From NCBI GenBank assembly GCA_030390025.1, contig CM059438.1, forward strand, positions 17,298,001 through 17,362,000: a stretch of 64,000 bases of DNA, given 5' to 3'. The number at the start of each line of letters is the position of its first letter. Position 1 is the first letter of the stretch. Below the pieces are notes generated by a model. That model had not been told where the DNA came from, did no database searches, and worked only from the letters and a program-made list of their open reading frames with translations. This stretch comes from Squalus acanthias (Eukaryota). The position numbers and the translations under genes are program-made. This document shows positions 28,099 to 41,125 of the stretch, one piece after another.

Positions 28099-28827
28099 GG
28101 CCCGTAATTTGCGGACCCTATGGGTGCGTGCACGCCCGTAAGGGCTGTGCAAGTTCCGGGTTCTCGCACGGCAAATTTTTTTGACAGATCCAACGCATCC
28201 CTGGGAAAAGGTCATCTGCGGGCGGAGAGTTGGACTATTTGTCCAACTTCTTCCAAGCGAATGCCCGTGAAATTCTTATGCCTGGTAAAAGCAGACGCAA
28301 GGCCTACTTTTACAAGCGCAAGAGTTTAAAAAAAATTAAAATAATTTTTTTTCAATCATTTATACATTAAAACACCAGTACAATAAGGTAAGGTTATTTT
28401 TAGCCCCTTTAAAACATTCACATTTATTTTTCAAAATATAAAATTTTTGTTTTAAATATTTAATTAAATGGCATTTTAATTAATTTTAAATAAGTAATGT
28501 TTTAAAAAAAAATTATTTGATGTGTAGGTGTATTTTTGGGGGTATTCCCATTCATGCTTAATGGGGATTCCGTATGTACGGAATCCCCATAAGAATGAAT
28601 GGGGATTCCCTTCTTTCATTGGTTGGGCCGGCCCACGTGATCCCAAGGGCGCTTGCGAACCACCTGCGCTCCTGGGATACGTGGGCCTCGATCCGCGGGT
28701 ACCCGGAGAGGCCCAAGACCGCAAATCTCCGTACCTCCCGGACCACCGGGCACCAGGTCCGTGGGCATTTTATTTGCGGATCAGATGCATTTCCCCGCGG
28801 GAAGCCTCCGACCGCAAATTCAGAGCC
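28099..28827. mobile_element. MITE (PIF/Harbinger-like)
   Basis: TIRs ggcccgtaatttgcgg / ccgcaaattcagagcc; CpG-rich ends, AT-rich core; flanks AAT| and |TAT. Confidence 0.8.
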
Positions 28828-29275
28828 TATTTTAATTTGGAGAACATCTTTGATGCATTGACCCCCATCATTTCAGGATGCATGAAGCTGCCATTAAAAC
28901 ACATATTTGAAAGTAGTTTACTCAAAACACCTAGAGAAGGTTATCTAGCTTTCCAAAATATCCTGCTACATTTCACAAAGCAAACTTTATATGACAACAT
29001 TTTATGTATGTCAAAATAACCCAATTTCACCAAATAAAACATAGATGATGGGTTGTAGTTGCATCATGACTTTAATTTTACTGTCTGATGATTCTCCAAA
29101 TTAACTTAAAGGCTATATAAAAATAACACATGCAGAAAATAAGTCATGATAGTCACTGATTAAGTATCTCAGTGGGTTTCAATATGCACTTCTAAAAATT
29201 TGTGCTTCTCCTGCCTTCAAAAGTTACCAATTTTGGGTCTTAATAATACTAGTGAGCCATGTTGCAAACTGTATG

Positions 29276-29428
29276 TAAGAACATAAGAATTAGAAGCAGA
29301 AGGAGGTCATACGGCCCTTCGAGCCTGCTCCGCCATTCAAGAAGATCATGGCTGATCTTCAACCTCAACTCCACTTTTCCACCCGATCCCCATATCCCTC
29401 GCTTCCCCTAGAGTCCAAGAATCTATCT
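29276..29428 (-). mobile_element. CR1 3' tail
   Basis: taagaacataagaattagaagcag..gagcctgctccgccattcaa..atcatggctgatc. Confidence 0.85.
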
Positions 29429-30295
29429 GGCTATGTTCAGTTGTGATAGTCAGCATTTGTAAAAGTTCATTATCGAGGTTCACAATCCAATGTCTTAACA
29501 TCCCAGTCTTTGTTTTTGTTGACTACTATAACCACCCCCCTTTCCCAAAATTGTTATTTATTTAAAAGTTTGGGTGTGTCCTGTAATTTTGTGGTAAATC
29601 AAAATAAGTAGAATTATGTTTTCAATTTGCCCACAAATCAGTCACTTCTTTTTTGCACTAACTGTACCAGAGCACAACCGGAATCTTTTTCATAAATGAC
29701 ATGTTTTCCCCTCATAAATAAGCTTGACCGTTTATTGCAATTTATAGAGATTGAGAAAATGGCCCTACATTTAGCATTAGAAATGAGGAACTCTCTTTTT
29801 GCTCAATTTGATCAACAAAGGGTCTATTTTAATTTCACCATACGGTGAAATCCTGACAGTGTTGTGATTGAGCGTCCATGTACCAATCAGGATGCTTATC
29901 ATATTTTATAGTGCAGAAAGAAGAAAGCAGTAATATCACATAAGCTTGGATTAGCAGCTGCCGTGTTTCATTTTCAGGAATGGAAATTGTCTTTTGATAC
30001 CTGCAAAGCTGAGCAGAGATTTTCTCTCAGTCATCAATTATCTGCAATCTGTTGAGAAACAGTAGCAGTGTTTCTCCTGATGTTTAATGGAAAAATGTTG
30101 TCATTTCACACAAAACTACAATTTGATTGCATACTCTGGAAAGCCTGTGAATGACATTACTGCGGAAAATTCAGTTTACCCGGTTACTGGCATATTGTAG
30201 TGCTATTGACAACTTTTCAGAATTAAGTTACTTTGTAAACAGTTTATGCAATGCATTATTTACAACATTTGTATTTTAAAAAAAATGAAGAATAT

Positions 30296-30739
30296 GGGGT
30301 AGAGTTTCCGCGCAGTTGCGCTGGCTTTTCGGCGCAAATCGCCTGAATTCAGCGTAACATATCGCAAAATTTTAAGCGCAAATTACGTTCAACGTAAATC
30401 GAGTTTCTGTGTTCTTTTTCGCTAGTTTAAAAAAACGTTGCGCTCGAAGCTGGCCCCGCCCACAAATCTGGCCACACCCCCCAGGATGAATTAATCGCCA
30501 CTTTCAGCTGTATTAATCGAGCTGCACCAAGTTACCACTCTTAACTATATCAAGCAATATTTTTTAAAGCAAATTTTTTTTCCAAAAATTTACCTTTTAA
30601 AACACTGGTTCATGACAGATTTTGCGTTTGGAGATATGCATGAGAGTTTGAGCAGAAATGCGAGAAAAAAAAAACTTTTCAAAACGCGCGCAATTTGTGC
30701 TCAGACCGCCAATTGCGCCCAAAGCAGAAACTCTACCCC
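30296..30739. mobile_element. MITE (PIF/Harbinger-like)
   Basis: TIRs ggggtagagtttccgc / gcagaaactctacccc (15 of 16); flanks TAT| and |GAT. Confidence 0.85.
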
Positions 30740-31670
30740 GATATATATACAGTATATAATAAAAGAATATTTCAATGCATTACTTTTTGCTCTCTAATAT
30801 GTCTGCAGAAAATTTTCACAACATGTCTTGAAGTATTGTAAATTAGAGGCAGTAAGCTCTTAGTCTACTATGGTTGATTTTTCAAGGGTGTTTAATGGCT
30901 AATGCTTTCAATCAAGCAAGATGACAGTGTTGCCACAAAAATATTTTTTAAACATCCCAAAGAAAATTGGCACCAGTTCTATATTTTTAAAACGAGGACA
31001 ACAATGGAGCTAAAAGGCTCTGTTAGATTTTTTTTCAATAGTTGTGCCCATCAGAGGCAGCGGGACTGATTATGAACAACAAATGATCGAATTGCTATTT
31101 TCTGTAGTTAGAGTGAATTGATTATTTAACAGACTACAATGGACTCCTGTAAAACAATCCAGTTATCACCTCTTCTCAAATCACATGGTACAGTATCAAT
31201 TCTCATCAGAGCATATTATAGACACACAGGAGCCTGTCTTCCATTTCAAACAGGGTTACATTCACTAAAAATCTAACTCCAAGCGTATCAATAAGCAAGT
31301 AAAAAGTTCTCAAGTTCGCATATATATTCTAAAAAATAACACATCCTGAAATCTGCTGCAAGGGAGTAACACATCTCAAGGTTGACAGGATGTTGATAAA
31401 TTGCTCTCGCAGTTTCTGTTTCGTCAGGCATATTCTCAGGCAAAGTTCAAACCACAATTTGACTCAACATTATACTCTAGTAAACTGCAATTTCTTTCAG
31501 CAGTTCCCTCCTCCCCTTCCTCCTTCCATATCTCCAAAAAAAACCTGCTTTAAAGGGAATTGTATATGTGAGATTGTTGGAAGTTCTATTATTAATGCTT
31601 GGTAAATTAATATGCATATTAAAGCTACTAATATTTCAAAACAGATTTAACTGAAAATAAATGGCTAGTT

Positions 31671-32100
31671 CCCCCAATGGCTCACTTGGTTAATGCACTG
31701 AGTCACTTAGCCATATAGGCCAGGAAGGTCTCAGTTTGATCCCAGGTCTGTGGGGAGTTAGTTGATTACAGCAGGGGAAGTGGTAGAGGTACTGAAAATG
31801 GTCTGTGTTCTTGGGTTAAGGAGGAGAAAAATCAATCTACATTCCTGGTCCTGATCGCTATCTAGTGACTCCTACTAGGAGTACATGTGTGTGGACATTG
31901 GGTGTGGACAGGATAGAGCTCAACTGCACTGCCACACACACTTGAACAGCCTGAAAAACATTTATTGTCTACATTCACACTTGAAGAATGGCCACTTAAG
32001 CAAGGTACTGGAGGGTGGCTACAGCCCATGGAGCCATACCCCAGGTAAGGAGTCAATGCCTTTAGAAGAGGAGGAGGAGGAGAAATCGACAAGAGGAAAA
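31671..32100 (+). mobile_element. SINE-B, near full length
   Basis: tRNA-like A box tggctcacttgg and degenerate B box gtttgatccc; body shared with many fragments in the window; purine-rich tail. Confidence 0.75.
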
Positions 32101-33065
32101 AAAAGGAAAGCACACGGCCACCATTTTCAATGTAGACAGGCTGAGAGAACACTATGTACAATCTTTGCTAATTGCAACCTGACCCCATTTTGTTTGACAC
32201 GGGGAGTACAGACATAGCATGATCATATGTCTTTGCTTGGAATGATGCCTGACCTAGGGGTAATGTGGAGATGGGATTAGCTGCATATTAGGCATAAATC
32301 ATATACATTTCAGCGGGGGGGGCGAGGATATGATTGACTTTCATTTCACATTTTCAAAAAAATAACGCCACTCTCAAATCATTGAAAGTTGTAATTAAAA
32401 TTATATTTTAAACCCCAAAATATTTAAAGGAGTCTCATTGTCTTTCAGACATCTTTGGCCAGGTGGGATGCTGTTAGGAGAAGTTTACATAAAAGCTTAA
32501 AACAATAAGAGCTGTTGCCATAGCAATCATGTTTCCATGCCAAAAGACTGGTCTGCTCTAAGTACCACTGGAATGATGTCATGACATCTTGATGTCATTA
32601 TGTTTGAGAGACAATTTATGAATTTGAGTTGTTTTGAGTTTAAAATCAGAAAGTAACTTGTTTCATCCAACAACCACCACCTCAGCTCTTGACTTTCATT
32701 CAAAGGACAAAGGCACTGTCCAAAAGTAGAGGTGTGACGGAAGAGTGTAAAGGGCGGGGGAAGAGAGAAAATGGTAACCTCTATGATCTTCCTGAATATT
32801 CCTGATCCACAGTACCAGTGAACACGCAGGACTGGAATTAAGATTAATCAGCTGATAACATTGCTTTTCAAGCCGACGACAGATTCAGAAAACTTTTGTT
32901 CATGTCAAAGTTTAGGTTTTCTGCTTGGTTTGATTTGTAAGACCTTGCACAGTAGATTAAAAAATGTAGTCAGCTTAAACTTGCTGGAGCAACAGTAATT
33001 TATTGGTGACTGCTGCAAGATACTTTAAGCATATATTATTCTAGTACAGGAAGGGGTTATGAAAG

Positions 33066-33450
33066 CAATGGCTCAGTGGTTAGATGCATCATATGGTGTG
33101 GAAAATCACCCATACATACCAGGAGACTCCCAAATGTAATTCTTGGTCTGAGCTAAGTTAGCTGATCTGAGTTGGGGTGAGAGTCGGCACGTTACAATTG
33201 GCTCCAGCATCTCTCAAGCTAAAATAAAATTCATGCACCTGATCACTAGCCACGATCCGCTGTTGCGAAGTACTCATTCGAGGACAGGATCAGACTTGGC
33301 TCTAATCTCCCCACAGTTAAATCATCTGTTGACGTCACTGAACTGGCTTATGCATGAAAAATGGCCGTTTGGGTAAGGTCCTGAATGGCTGCCAACACCA
33401 GTGGAACCATACTTTAGCATGAGTCACATCCTTCAGAAGAGAAGGGTAGG
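33066..33450 (+). mobile_element. SINE-B, near full length
   Basis: tggctcagtggtt head, agttagctgatct, gaggacaggatc, tggaaccatac, cttcagaagag motifs. Confidence 0.7.
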
Positions 33451-35454
33451 GGAAAAAAACCAAAGACAGCAATGGCTGCCAAAAGCACAGTGAATAAGTA
33501 CTGAATCTGCAAATCAACAGGAATGTCCTCCAACAGGGTTGCAAAACACATGTTTTTTTTTAATTACCTTCAGCATTACAAATTGCACAAGTTTGGATAA
33601 CTCGCATCATTCCAGTAAAATTAACAGGATTTTGTTTTGGGAGGAGGGAGATGAGAATTGATCTAATTCTAAAATAAGTTATTTACATTAACACATATCC
33701 AGGAAACTTGATCCCTGAAGAAAATCAACTGAGAAGACTTCTGTTTGGAGAAAGAGAGGGAGAGAGAAAAAAAAGAGCGAGTGAGAAAAATATTAGAAAA
33801 AGTGAGAAAAAGAGAGAAGGAGAGAAAGATCGATCTGAAGTATGGTACGTGGCATACGCCTTCATTTGGAGATGTCTCTTGGACCTAGAATGCGCGGAAC
33901 TTGCCTTTATTTGTTAGTCAAAATATTAAATGAGGCCCTGTCCCATAGCAGTGTGTCTAAGCCCATGACAGAACTAAGCAGTGGCCTAAATAAAACTGCA
34001 TATCCTCTCCAGAGAAAAATTTAGAGCAATAGTGCTCAGTGAAGGTCTGTCAACTATTCCAGGGGTTGTTTTTCAGATGTCCTGTAAGGTAAGCTCTACA
34101 AAGTAACCCTATATCTTGTCAATTAGCAAAATAGTCTACTAACTTCCTCAAGTACTGTTTTGAGTCTAGAGAGCTAAAAGTTTCAGCCCAATGTGACAAA
34201 AACAGATGGAGTGATTTCACTTCCAAGTCCTTGCCTAACACAATGGCAGAGAGCCCTCTCGACATCCATGTTGTCAAATTGGTGAAGAATTGGGTCAAAA
34301 GATTAAAATGTTATCTCTGAGCCTTATGGCACCAATTTGAGGATAAACTTAGGAGATGAAAATAACATAAGTAGTCAGATGAGAAAAACCATTTGGCCCG
34401 TTAAAGCTGTACTGCATTAACTGTCCCATCATGGTACCTAATCTATTTCGAAACTTGCTCGGTAGATTATTCCAAACATATATGATTCTAAGTAAAGAAA
34501 CGATGATGGTAAAGGTCAACTATATTTGATATTTGATAGATGATGCATGTTATTAGAGCATGAAGACCACCAACTCACCTCAACAAGACCAGTGCTAAAT
34601 GCAGTTAGTCTTCCAAGACTGTAGATACAGATTAACTTATTAGGAACAAAACTACCCCTGTTTCTGGGAGAATTTCTTTATGTGGAAGTTTGAGGAAAAG
34701 AGTTTTTCGAAGCAACAGAAGCTCAGCAAATCATAACGTTTGTGGAAAATAATTGTGATAAAAATCAAACGATTATTTTCCTCTTTATTTTCATGATCAT
34801 CTTTTGGATCAGTAGAAATGAGGGATAACACATAAAATAAATTACTTTGCCAGGTAAAGGAGAGCTTAGTCAGCTCATCAGTGTACTAGCGTACAAACAG
34901 TACAAGCTCTTGCACCAAGTGAACAGATCATTTTGTGAGCAATTGCATTTGTAAAAAAATATCTTGAGGACCATTTCATATGAGGTCTCCTTCTGGGACA
35001 GGATCAACATATTTTTGCAGTTTTGGCGCGTCGCAGAGTTGTCCACACTTCCAGTTAAAAAGGGCATCCTGTCTGTCACCAGTACCCTATTTTAGGGCAT
35101 CACTACATCCTAACCAGGTGCGCCTTGTTTGCTGATTCAACTGACCACCACACCGTCGTCTGTTCATGAGAGGAAAAAACATAGCTATAAGATAAGAGCT
35201 GGAAGTCCTTCATTGTTAACCAATAAACTGTGGAACTCTACCTCCTTCAGTCTTCCCTTCCTCCTACAATCTAAATGCTTTTAAAATCGAAGCTTGAGGT
35301 CATCTAATGACTATTTTTTGATTTAGCTCCTCTTCGTAACCACTTCAATCTGATAGTGCTTTGTATTATGGACCTGGGATTTGTAAATATATTAAAAACA
35401 TGGATTTAGTATTCAGGTCAGGAACTGACCTCACCTCCTGCTGGTTCATTTTTG

Positions 35455-36363
35455 TTAAATTCGTTATTATGGGATGTGGGCGTCGCTGGCAAGGCCAGCA
35501 TTTATTGCCCATCCCTAATTGCCCTTGAGGTGGTGGTGGTGAGCCGCCTTCTTGAACCGCTGCAGTCCGTGTGGTGAAGGTACTCCCACTGTGCTGTTAG
35601 GGAGGGAGTTCCAGGATTTTGACCCAGCGACGATGAAGGATCGGCGATATATTTCCAAGTCAGGATGGTGTGTGACTTGGAGGCGGTGGTGTTCCCATGC
35701 GTCTGCTGCCTTTGTCCTTCTAGGTGGAAGAGGTTGCGAGTTTGGGAGGTGCTGCCGAAGAAGCCTTGGCGAGTTGCTGCAGTGCATCTTGTAGATGGTA
35801 CACACTGCAGCCACGGTACGCCGGTGGTGGAGGGAGTGGATGTTTAAGGTGGTAGAGGGGGTGTCAATCAAGCGGGCTACTTTGTCCTGGATGGTGTCGA
35901 GCTTCTTGAGTGTTGTTGGAGCTGCACTCATCCAGGCAAGTGGAGAGTATTCCATCACACTCCTTACTTGTGCCTTGTAGATGGTAGAAAGGCTTTGGGG
36001 AGTCAGGAGGTGAGACACTCGCCACAGAATACGTAGCCTCTCACCTGCTCTTGTTGCCACAGTATTTATATGGCTGGTCCAGTTAAGTTTCTGGTCAATG
36101 GTGACCCCCAGGATGTTGATGGTGGGGGATTCGGTGATGGTAATGCCATTGAATGTCAAGGGGCAGTGTTTAGACTCTCGCTTGTTGTAAATAGTCATTG
36201 CCTGGCACTTCTGTGGCGCGAATGTTACCTGCCACTTATCAGCCCAAGCCTGAACGTCGTCCAGGTCTTGTTGCATGCAGGCATGGACTGCTTCATTATC
36301 TGAGGAGTTGTGAATGGCACTGAACACTGTGCAGTCATCAGCGAACAGCCTCATTTCTGACCT
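35455..36363 (-). mobile_element. CR1/L2-group LINE (FADDCT family) 3' 0.9 kb, reading frame open
   Basis: ORF 35515-36426 from RSEMRLFADDCTV to FKKAAHHHHLKGN; same family as 23486-26010. Confidence 0.95.
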
Positions 36364-36787
36364 ACTTGTGTTCATGTGCCGGCTATGTTCAAGGGAGCCC
36401 AATTTCAGGAAGGGGGCCTCAAACAAGCATGCGCAAAGTGCCTAACGCCTGTTTCAGACGTGTGCCCTCAACGCCTATACTGGAGCCTTTACAGATATGG
36501 CTGGTGGTGCACTTTCAGCGTGGAATATGCACGCACATGTTGCCTGCCATATTAGACGCTAGGGCTCCTATTTTAAGCGCCATCAAAGTGTGTCTTGGCC
36601 AATATATGACGCCTAATACAGAAGACAGGGCACATGAAGGATGTTCCTGATCAGCAGTGTTCCTCAATAGTCAGGAGTCTTTCTCTCAGTATTGAGAAGC
36701 AATTCCATCTGGTGATACAAAATTCGACCATGAAATTTGATGTGGCAATATATTCCTGTACAGCAAATGTGACTAAAGTCCATCTTT

Positions 36788-36947
36788 GGAACATAGCAAC
36801 AGGAGTAGGCCATTCAGCCCCTCGAGCCTGTTCCGCCATTCAATTAGATCATGGTTGATCTGTATCTCCGTCTACCCACCTTGGTTCCGTAACCCTTAAT
36901 ACCGTTGCCTAACAAAAATCCATGAATCTCAGTTTTGACATTTTCAA
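36788..36947 (-). mobile_element. CR1 3' tail
   Basis: ggaacatagcaacaggagtaggccattcagcccctcgagcctg; same subfamily as 14411 and 57657. Confidence 0.85.
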
Positions 36948-39049
36948 TCTTCCACACGATCAGCCTCCATTACTTTTATCTGGGCTTGCGGGGTATCCGT
37001 AGTTCTCAAGCTTCTCCGCAAAGATTTCCCAGTGAGTCTAAAAATGATAGAATTCCATGGATATCATTAAAGAATCTGCATTAAGCAAAAAAGTGGTTCC
37101 AGGGAGCTTTGCCTGATGCAAGCGGTTCATCCTTGCAAGGACTTCAGACCAGCAAACAGGTGTGTCTCAGGCAACTTTGTCTATTTGCCGTAACGAAACT
37201 AAGGGCTCTTAATTCTATTGCGTGCCTCATCTCCTTGTCACAATATTTTTAACCAGTTATCAAAATAAACACACTTGATATATTATCTTGGATTAACAAA
37301 TTTTTTTACTGGGTGTTCCTGGTGACCAGGCTTAGTGAATCTGGCAAGTTTATCTTGGGGTTGCCACTGACTACATGAGACATACAAATTAGGAGTCAGT
37401 GACATCAGCACAGCACTTAACTCCAATTTTACAGCATTTTCAGTTCTTCTCGGCAGTACGGGAGAGAAAACTGAAAGCAAATCCCCGAGCTGCAGTTGTG
37501 CCCCTCCTAATGCCCGTCTCAAGCGTGGGTCTGTCAAAGACCCCACAGTCACACGCCTGCCTTTTCTGGTAGGGGAACATTGCAAGTTATGGGGGGAGGA
37601 GCAAAATGTGGGGAAAAAAATGGGACGGGGGACCCTTAAATTAATAAGGTGGCTAAATGCATACTTAAATGAGGAAAATTAAAGAATAGTTACCAGAGCA
37701 TTTTGGTCACATTTTTATTGTACACATATTAGCCATTTTGTTGAAGTAACTATCTCTTACACAGTTAGCTCTTTTATATTCTATTAAATTCAGAATTTAT
37801 AGATCTTACTGAACGATCTCTTTTTTGACCTACATAGCCAAAAACAATCAGATGATACAATGCTGTTAGTACAATATCTGTCAGAAGAAATGGCAGTCTG
37901 TCTTGACTATGATCAGATGTTTTTTTCTAGTTTAATAACCAGCACATACATCTCCCAAATTTAAGACCAGTGTATTTTGGCGTTTCATTCTAATAGACAA
38001 ATATCTTGATCTTTGCCAGAAGAAACATGCACAGACAGGTCCTGGGGATTTTCATTATTTAGTGCTTTTGGCAGTTGGATATGCAAAGCAGCATATTAAC
38101 AGATGCAGATGCAATGCATTATAACTGTTTGTTTTTCAACAAAGTAAGGATTCAACACTTAAATGTACTTTTCAAACAGAAAGATGAAAGCCTATATATT
38201 ATTAAACATCTAAAGGGAATTTATCTATGGATATAGCTTCGGGATTACTAGACAAAAAAAGAACCTCAGGCTATCTGGTCTAGACCAATACCCAATACAT
38301 TCTGCCTCTTTAACTCAATATGAAAATATGCCATTAGAATTCACAACACAATAAAAATCCACTAGAATTTACTTTGGAACAATGGATGTGTGAAGACATT
38401 TCCCAAAGTACATGCAGGCCTGAATTGGACACTGCAGCTCATGTACATACAAGCCCAAAGCTAAAGAGGCACTGCAAACACCTTGGCGGATCATTTTAAG
38501 GGTTTTTCTAAAGCACAGCTTCCCCCTTAAACTGCTCTAATTGCTTGAAATAAAGTGACTGGCATTGTGTCAAGGTAAGCAAAGTATGCAGATAATTTTA
38601 ATGCATAATTACAGCTACAAATTCACAATGGGACACATGATGCTAGAAATGCAGAAATATGGTAGGATTTGGGTGGCCTAGGTATATAAATTATTTTAAA
38701 AATCAAATATGAAAAAATTCTAATCATTTACTAAACTTAAGCACTCATTTGAAAAATTTAATTGGGAAAATAAACACATACAAACACTGGCCACTGCTAT
38801 TCTACGTCCTTTTTAAAAAAAAAATTATAGTTGCACACCACTTGAGCAGAGTGACACCATGATGTATCATTTTCTATGATTGGGAGCCTTACTAACCCAA
38901 TGTAAATAGATGGCGAGTGTTTGTTTGAAAATACTGAACCTATAATGGTCATAAACTTCAAGCAAATATCAATTTCAAGCAAAAGTTAAATGGTGCAATG
39001 CGTCTGGCCACCTGCCAATGATTTACAGATATCATTTTTTAATTTCCCC

Positions 39050-39440
39050 CCCTCCCCCTTTTGTCCCTTTATCTCCTGAAGGTGCTGACTCTTGTTAAGG
39101 TAGAGTTCCACAGCACCATCAGTTCCCTGGTACCTCTCCCAAGTGGGTACTTTTTACTTGCGAGCGAGTGCGTCAGCAGGCTATGCTACCATGAAGGGCA
39201 TCAGAGCCCAGCCCGATCCTGTTTTCAGCCAACATCCATACATATGCACTTTCTAGCAGGGGTCACTGGGCAACGATAATGTCCTCACTAGTCTAAGAGC
39301 ACCAAGGTCAATTCTAGTGCCCCAGCTGGAATCAGGTAACTCAGCACAAACTAGGAATCAAACTTGGGACTTTCTCATCTCTACGGTTTGGCGGGATACA
39401 CTGAGCAATGGCTTTACCCACTAGGCCATCGGGTGAGCCT
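39050..39440 (-). mobile_element. SINE-B, near full length
   Basis: ctcctgaaggtgctgactcttg, ggtacctctcccaagtgg, gcactttctagcaggggtcactgg, aactcagcaca, tttacccact. Confidence 0.75.
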
Positions 39441-39869
39441 AGCGATTCAAAGCTAACTTAGGGATGTGTGTTTGAAAGTCATCACACCTGAAGGGTTGTT
39501 AAGGCTTACACATGACATGATTTATGAACAGGTTTAATCCACGTTTAAACTGCAGATTTAGTTTTTAAGTGAACCTGGTATGGATTCACCTCCTGAGAGA
39601 AACATGTATTGTAAGCCCTCACAATGGACTTTTACACAAAAGGCTACAAGTTGTGTACTGGTATGACAACAATGTCAGGGCAGTATAAGCAGGGGGAGGA
39701 ACACTGGAGTATGCACTTGATTTGCACTGTTGATGTTCAGGCAACAGGGGATATCAGTGTGGTGTGGCAACATGATGCCACTTCGCTGCCTTGTGCCCCT
39801 GCCAACTGAGTTCTGAGATTTGAGATCTGCAACAGTTTAAATACAGAAGACATCAAAGAGAAACTTACT

Positions 39870-40220
39870 ATTATAGTGCTTCTCGTACACAGGAAGAAAT
39901 CTCAAAATGCTTTACAGAGTGGGGGGGGGGGGAGGGTAGATGGATGCTGAGCAGGAGGGAACATTAGGGAAGGATTTGGGGTATGGGGTTGAAAGTATAA
40001 ACAGTTTTCGAAAGGTTTTTGAAAGCAGGTAGGGAGCTGGCAAGGTGGATGGCATAGGGAGTAATTTCTAGAGAGCGGGGACATAATAGCTGAGAGACCA
40101 CCAATGTGGAGCAGAGGGATGGGGGATGATGACTGGGCTGGTGTTGGAGGTGCAAGGACATCTACCCAAGGCAGGGTGAGGCAAGGCAACTGAAATTAGA
40201 GGAGGAGGATCTCGACACTG
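39870..40220 (-). mobile_element. Old L2 3' relic
   Basis: Degenerate match to the 3' region of the L2 at 8315 (aggtttttgaaag, ccaccaatgtggag, gggtgagg). Confidence 0.5.
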
Positions 40221-41125
40221 TTGTATCCAGAGTGATCAGCATCAGAGTCTCAGACTCACTCTTGATATTAGTGTAAATGACGTGTTAGTAATTTCCTCAG
40301 TGAATGAGTTTTCCGCACAAATAAACTCGTGGGATGAGCACGTGAAAATCAGAACTATAAATTCACAGAGCAGCTCTGGAATGGCTTACATTACTTTCTT
40401 GGACACCCAAGCTCAGCTCAACTTCAAAGTGGTATCATCTGTTATTGACTAGGTGAATTTGTTTTTTTCCAAAATCAGCTACAGTTAACCAAAAATATAA
40501 ATCTGCAAAGATCTGGTTTAAAAAAAAATCACATTGCACAGGATCCATCTTCTGAAAATGAATGCAGCAGTAATGTGTTCTTAATGAATCTCATTTAATT
40601 CATTCATATATATGGCACTTCAGGTTCTTTAGTCAAAACACTTTGGCGTAATTGGCCAAGAATTAATTTCTGGCGCTACAGAAGCGTGGTCAGCCCAGGC
40701 TGCTCTCGTACAGTTCTTTAGCAGGCACATACCAAAGAGCATTGGTAGAGGGCTCAGAGTATTTACTATCTCTTTTGAACAGCGTGTGCCCTTGGGAGAA
40801 TTAGAAAGAAGGAATGGGAAATACAGAAACCTGCTTACTGAAAATATATTTAGGATACAATACAAATCTTGTTGTAACAAACTTTTTTTCCATCAGCAAA
40901 ACAAACTCTTCTCTTTAATCCTTGAAGAGATTAACTTTGTTCACAAATCACAGAGAACAAACAGATTAACAGTCCCATGGAACTATTTGCATTCAATTAT
41001 GCAGCTGTATCACTCCAAACATAGTTATAAATCATTTAGCACCCACAGGTAATGCTTGGCACTGTCAAAACTTCACAATGCAACCATATTACAATAGTTG
41101 AAAGTAACTATATTTTAAAGACAAG

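Noticed and set aside
35515-36426. 303-aa ORF as a domesticated gene
   Set aside because: It is a 5'-truncated young LINE; the start is non-ATG in flanking DNA and the RT N-terminal part is missing.
37444-37568. Plus-strand candidate exon, mildly CpG-rich
   Set aside because: Weak donor and no recognisable peptide in either open frame.
1109-40790. Chain of phase-compatible minus-strand mini-exons (40790-40733, about 34610-34571, 18497-18436, 6182-6140, about 1162-1109)
   Set aside because: The joined peptide resembles nothing I recognise, one piece lies inside the probable LTR, and such pseudo-exons are common; phase matches can be chance.
40633-41052. Stop-free plus frame of about 140 codons
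   Set aside because: No homology recognised and no convincing start or splice context.
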